From a candidate division WOR-3 bacterium (lineage in GTDB: Bacteria > Hydrothermota > Tepidihabitantia > Tepidihabitantales > Tepidihabitantaceae): a stretch of 12,011 nt of DNA. The translations under genes and the position numbers were made by a program. Below are positions 8,320 to 12,011 of this stretch, piece after piece. Location of the stretch: contig CBFGIY010000070.1 of the NCBI GenBank assembly GCA_965648935.1, forward strand, positions 1 through 12,011, in the 5' to 3' direction. The notes under the pieces are model-generated. The model was not told where the DNA came from. It was given only the letters and a program-made list of their open reading frames with translations, and ran no database searches. Numbering within the stretch: position 1 is the first letter of the stretch; each line of letters opens with the position of its first letter.

Positions 8320-8348
8320 AGTCTTACACACCCCGCCGCCGCGGTCAA
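8320..8348 (-). promoter_or_regulatory. Candidate sigma70 promoter for fhs: TTGACC-N16-TAAGAC (or TG-extended N17-AAGACT)
   Basis: The -35 TTGACC is at 8348-8343 and an AT-richer patch, tgtgtaagact, occupies the -10 position. This implies a ~110-nt leader. The -10 is imperfect. Confidence 0.45.
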
Positions 8349-8680
8349 GCACCTTCCGGGAAGACACCCGGGCTGGCAGGCCGGCAGACGCGGCGCGGCC
8401 TGCCTGCTCCTACCGCGGTCAGCCGTGCCGCTCAACGCCGGCCCGAGCCCGGTCGTGACATCGGCACTCCGCCGTGCAATCAGAATCGGTTTCACCGCCG
8501 TGACGAACGAACGCTCTGCGCCGAGGTTCATGCAGCGCGTCGCGCCCGCACTCTGTCCGGCGCTCAAAGCCGGGTCAGCCACACCCGTGAATGCCCTGTT
8601 TGACCATCTGCTCTGCGCCGGGCCGGCCCGCACACTCGCGTCGGCGATCGCCGGCACGCTCAGCCCCGGGGTTACCCCCT

Positions 8681-8728
8681 CCACAACCTGTAGTATCCCG
8701 TGTCAGCCGACACCACTACCTGTAGTGG
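8681..8728. promoter_or_regulatory. Tandem NrdR-box-like operators: ccacaacctgtagtat (8681-8696) and ccactacctgtagtgg (8713-8728)
   Basis: Two 16-bp pseudo-palindromes, 32 bp start-to-start, match the NrdR consensus acaCwAtATaTwGtg at C4, W5, A6, T9, T11, W12, G13 and T14. Both carry C instead of the conserved A at position 8. Confidence 0.65.
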
Positions 8729-8787
8729 CGACGCGGAGTTACCCGGCATCGCGTCGGGACAGAGCTGCGGCGATTCGAGCATCGCGC

Positions 8788-8826
8788 TTGACTGGCCCGG
8801 ACTCCGGCCTAACCTCTCGCAGGAGG
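8788..8826 (+). promoter_or_regulatory. Sigma70-type promoter TTGACT-N16-TAACCT followed by AGGAGG ribosome-binding site
   Basis: The -35 is at 8788-8793, the -10 at 8810-8815, AGGAGG at 8821-8826 and the ATG at 8832. Confidence 0.7.
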
Positions 8827-8831
8827 ACACG

Positions 8832-11384
8832 ATGCGCTGGCGTAACATCATCTTGTCGTTACTCGTCGCCTCGGCCGCGTTCGCGGCCCGGCCATGGACC
8901 GAAGCAGAAATCCGCTCGGCCGATGCCCTCGGCCCGACCGGTGTTCCGCTTTCTGACGGCCCGGTACGCGGGCCGCGCCGCTGCAACTACCTCGAGCGCA
9001 TCCACCTCACCTGTGAGTTTCTCCGCGCCCACCAGGTCAGCGACTCGCTCTCGCCGCACTATGGCGGCATCATCGAATCCGAGCACCAGCCGGACATCAT
9101 CGAAACCGACAACACGCAGGAAGCGGTCTGGGTCTGGTCGCGCTGGTACGAGCTGACCGGGCTGGACACCTACCGCGAAAACATCCGCCGCGCCTGGATT
9201 TACCTCTACCGCAACCCGGCCTGGCGCGAGCACGGCGGCCAGCCTTCGAACCTCTGGTACGCGGTGTGGAACGCAGGACTGGGCTTCTTTGCCGAGGCCG
9301 AATACCGCCGCGCCTGGGGTGATTCGACCCATCGGGTTTACGCCGACTCCTGCCGCAGCTTCTACATCGCCAACCCGCTCGCGCTCTATGCCTCGGCGCT
9401 GGACTACTTCGTCACGGCCCAGTCATCGGGAATGGCCTACGACTGGGCAGTGTCGCGCGGCGACGCGACGCTGCGCGATTCGGCCCTTGCCCGGGGCCTG
9501 CGCGTCAAGCAGTGGGTGGAGGCCGACGCCCGGGCGCGTCTTGCCATCGGCAACTGGGCGATGTGCGGCGGCACCGCCTTCTGGGGCATCGCCCACACCT
9601 TCTGCCGGGCCGACACCGCGGCCGGCCGTCAGTGGCTTCTGACCTACACTGACTCGCTGCCCGGTTTCTACCCGACCGGCAACTGGAACTGCTCCCACAT
9701 CATCTGGCTGGCAAACGCCTACCGGTCATCTGCCGAGCTGATCGGAACCCGGCGCTCGTGGCTGGTTCACCAGTACCTCGTCGACACCCTGCTCGCGCTG
9801 GATACCGACCGCGACGGCGGGATTCCCGCGACCTGGACCGACCCGGACACGCGCGACCAGACCTGGGTTTCGACGTACCTGAACTTCATGGGCACCGACG
9901 TGTTCGTCACCCCGACGTACCCCGATGACATCAGCGTGCTTGAGTTCGCCCGTCCCGACCCGCGCGGCTTCTTTGTGCAGGGCGACACTCTGCGCTTCGC
10001 CGTCCCCGCAGCCAATGTCGGACTGCGGCCGCGCACGCTCGACCTCTGCTGGCAGTTGCCTGACATACAGGGCGCTCTGAGCGTACCCGACTTTCCGTTC
10101 CTCGGCATCGACACCTTCGAACTGGGCGACTGGTATGCCCAGGAACCCGGCAACTACCGCGCGGCCGCGTTCTGCGCCCCGGACAGCGACCCGGCCAACG
10201 ATACCGTCAACATCGAGTTCAAAGTCTACGGCCGCTACACCCTGCGCGGCCAGCTTGTCGATTCGGTAACCGGGTTCGGATTCCCGGTATGGGTCAAGTC
10301 GCGCGTGGCCGGTTCCGCTGCCGTCTGGGACTCGGCGTTCACCGACCGGTCCGGCTTCTTCACGCTCTCGATCCTCGACACGCTGATGACCCTTTTCATT
10401 ACCCCGGCCCCGCCGTACTACAACCGCTTCTGGAACTTCGCGTTCACCGGCGATACCGCTGTCAGCCTTGCAACCTCGCGCGCCCACCTGCTTGTGGTCA
10501 ACAACGACCCTGCGGCCCGCCACGAAGGCTTCTACACGACCGCGCTTGAGTCGCTTGACCTGACATGGTCTTTGTGGCGGCGCCGGGCCCAGGGCCTGCC
10601 GCCCTACGCCTGCCTTGCTGACCTGCGCCTGCCCACGGTCATATGGTACTCGGGCGACTCCGGGCCGGGCGCGCTGCCGCCTGAGGACCGCGCCGCGCTT
10701 TCCCAGGCCGCTGCCCGGGGCGTGAACCTCTTGCTCACCGGCCAGGACATCGCCCAGCAACTCGCCGGGACGGCGTTCCTTGAGGACACTTGCGGCTGCC
10801 GGTTCGAGTCCTCTGGCTGGACAGGGCTGTTCGCCTTCGGCAACCGGGCCGACTCGCTCGGCGCGCCAATCACCGGGCTGGCCACCTCGGGCGGTAACGG
10901 CGCGGCCAACCAGACCTCACGCGACGTGCTTTCCCCGGCCAACGGCGGTCTGGGCTTCATCGTCTATGACTCGGTCGCGCCGGTGTATGCCGCAACTCGC
11001 AAGACCCTCGGTTCGGGAGCCCACATTGTTCTGACCGGCTTCGGTTTTGAAGCGGTCAACCGGCCCCAGGCCCGGCCCACCTACTGGAGCCGGACCCAGC
11101 TGCTCGGACGCGTACTCAACTGGTTCGGATTCCCGGTCGGCGTCGAGGAACCGAACATGCCCGGCCCAGCGCGCCCTGCCCCGCACGGCGCGCTGGTTCG
11201 CTCCACCCTCGTTCTGCCTTCAACAACCCGCGCTCCGGGCTCTGGCTTCGTCCTGCTCGACGCCTCTGGCCGCCGTGTCGCCTCACTCTCCCCCGGCCCC
11301 AACGACCTCTCGCGCCTGCCTGCCGGGGTCTACTTCGTCTCGGGACAGGGGTATCAGCCGAACCGGGTCATCAAAGTGAGATAG
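8832..11384 (+). CDS. Secreted multidomain protein, 850 aa: signal peptide, Trp/Tyr-rich helical (putative alpha/alpha-barrel) domain, CARDB/Ig-like domain, carboxypeptidase-regulatory-like beta domain, alpha/beta domain, T9SS-type-A-like C-terminal sorting domain
   Basis: AGGAGG-N5-ATG start and signal peptide MRWRNIILSLLVASAAFA. DDISV...ANVG...DSDPANDT resembles CARDB, and LRGQLVDS..G...TDRSGFF resembles the carboxypeptidase-regulatory fold. The C-terminus is GVEE...LLDASGRRV...LPAGVYFV...RVIKVR. The coding call is strong; domain labels are from pattern recognition only. Confidence 0.85.
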   Translation: MRWRNIILSLLVASAAFAARPWTEAEIRSADALGPTGVPLSDGPVRGPRRCNYLERIHLTCEFLRAHQVSDSLSPHYGGIIESEHQPDIIETDNTQEAVWVWSRWYELTGLDTYRENIRRAWIYLYRNPAWREHGGQPSNLWYAVWNAGLGFFAEAEYRRAWGDSTHRVYADSCRSFYIANPLALYASALDYFVTAQSSGMAYDWAVSRGDATLRDSALARGLRVKQWVEADARARLAIGNWAMCGGTAFWGIAHTFCRADTAAGRQWLLTYTDSLPGFYPTGNWNCSHIIWLANAYRSSAELIGTRRSWLVHQYLVDTLLALDTDRDGGIPATWTDPDTRDQTWVSTYLNFMGTDVFVTPTYPDDISVLEFARPDPRGFFVQGDTLRFAVPAANVGLRPRTLDLCWQLPDIQGALSVPDFPFLGIDTFELGDWYAQEPGNYRAAAFCAPDSDPANDTVNIEFKVYGRYTLRGQLVDSVTGFGFPVWVKSRVAGSAAVWDSAFTDRSGFFTLSILDTLMTLFITPAPPYYNRFWNFAFTGDTAVSLATSRAHLLVVNNDPAARHEGFYTTALESLDLTWSLWRRRAQGLPPYACLADLRLPTVIWYSGDSGPGALPPEDRAALSQAAARGVNLLLTGQDIAQQLAGTAFLEDTCGCRFESSGWTGLFAFGNRADSLGAPITGLATSGGNGAANQTSRDVLSPANGGLGFIVYDSVAPVYAATRKTLGSGAHIVLTGFGFEAVNRPQARPTYWSRTQLLGRVLNWFGFPVGVEEPNMPGPARPAPHGALVRSTLVLPSTTRAPGSGFVLLDASGRRVASLSPGPNDLSRLPAGVYFVSGQGYQPNRVIKVR

Positions 11385-11444
11385 AACGCGCGCCGCGGTT
11401 GTTTGGGTCGAGTCTGTGAGGCGCTTGCGATGGTCTAAAAGATA

Positions 11445-12011
11445 GTGAATCGTCTGGCAGACCAGGCCAGTCCGTACTTGCGCCAGCATGCCCCTAACCC
11501 GGTAGACTGGCAGCCTTGGGACTCCTCCGCGCTCGAGCGCGCGCGCTCCGAGGACAGGCCGATATTTTTGTCCATCGGCTACTCTGCCTGCCACTGGTGC
11601 CACGTGATGGCGCGCGAGAGCTTCGAGGATCCGGCGGTCGCTGCGCTGATGAACCGGTGCTTCGTCAATATCAAGGTCGATCGGGAGGAGCGTCCCGACC
11701 TGGACCACGTCTACCAGCGTGCCCTGGCGCTGCTCGGCGAGCAGGGCGGAGGGCCTCTGACCATGTTCCTGACGCCCGACGGCACCCCCTTCTGGGGCGG
11801 CACCTACTTCCCACCCGAGCCGCGCTGGGGACGGCCGTCGTTTCGGCAGGTGCTCGAGCAGGTGGCGCGCCTGTGGGCGGGGGAGCGGGGCCGGATCGAG
11901 GGGAGCCGCACCGCGCTCCTCGGTGCGCTGCACCGGCTCGCCGAGCCGGCGCCGGGCGGCTCGCCCGACCCGGCCTTCTCGCGCGAGACCGGGCGCGAGC
12001 TCGGCGAGGAG
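11445..12011 (+). CDS. YyaL/SSP411 (DUF255) thioredoxin domain-containing protein, 5' part, truncated by the window end
   Basis: Absent from the ORF track because it has no stop in the window. My translation from GTG 11445 is [25 protein letters not shown]...[25 protein letters not shown]...[15 protein letters not shown]...[20 protein letters not shown], the classic family signature. Confidence 0.93.
   Translation, partial: MNRLADQASPYLRQHAPNPVDWQPWDSSALERARSEDRPIFLSIGYSACHWCHVMARESFEDPAVAALMNRCFVNIKVDREERPDLDHVYQRALALLGEQGGGPLTMFLTPDGTPFWGGTYFPPEPRWGRPSFRQVLEQVARLWAGERGRIEGSRTALLGALHRLAEPAPGGSPDPAFSRETGRELGEE

Noticed and set aside
8205..8680. ZTP (pfl) or THF riboswitch upstream of fhs
   Set aside because: Only fragments resemble the consensus (gcccgcccggggc, gcagag, and ggtcgtgac on the wrong strand). 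I could not build the required pairings or pseudoknot. An Rfam scan would settle it.
8253..8684. 143-aa minus-strand ORF and the overlapping plus ORFs (7941-8603, 8131-9156) as real genes
   Set aside because: Ala/Arg/Pro/Gly-rich, no recognisable motif or RBS, and they overlap predicted promoters and operators. Long ORFs arise by chance at this GC content.
8640..8760. Replication origin or CRISPR mini-array at the repeated palindromes
   Set aside because: There is no cluster of DnaA boxes and no AT-rich unwinding element. There are only two imperfect 16-bp repeats with a 16-bp gap and no cas genes.
8700..8831. 44-aa N-terminal extension of the secreted protein
   Set aside because: The promoter, AGGAGG and signal peptide all point to ATG 8832.
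11430..11438. ATG-GTC-TAA mini-ORF in frame just upstream of yyaL (readthrough or uORF)
   Set aside because: Family homology begins at GTG 11445 (MNRL), and a two-codon ORF is readily explained by chance.
9726..11933. Minus-strand ORFs 9726-10760 and 11283-11933
   Set aside because: Antisense shadows of the secreted protein and the YyaL gene.

Overview
GC-rich bacterial chromosomal segment with housekeeping genes and no mobile elements, CRISPR array, tRNA or rRNA. The C-terminal sorting domain of the large secreted protein resembles those I recall from candidate phylum WOR-3 and other FCB-related lineages; this assignment is inferred and unverified. The minus strand carries a gene run from 8204 down to 46: fhs, a hypothetical lipoprotein, two tandem GWxTD-domain proteins, a PSP1/RicT(YaaT)-family protein, short-form thiC and a class V PLP aminotransferase, followed by a perfect 14-bp inverted repeat. 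The last four genes overlap one another. A ~630-bp divergent intergenic region holds two sigma70-like promoters and a tandem pair of NrdR-box-like palindromes 32 bp apart, although no ribonucleotide reductase gene lies in the window. The plus strand carries an 850-aa secreted multidomain protein with a T9SS-like C-terminal domain and the truncated 5' part of a YyaL/DUF255 thioredoxin-domain gene. The most interesting signals are the orphan NrdR-like boxes, a probable leaderless promoter for the GWxTD-ricT-thiC unit, and that unusual gene cluster itself. I see no firm evidence for a complete new system, only these leads.
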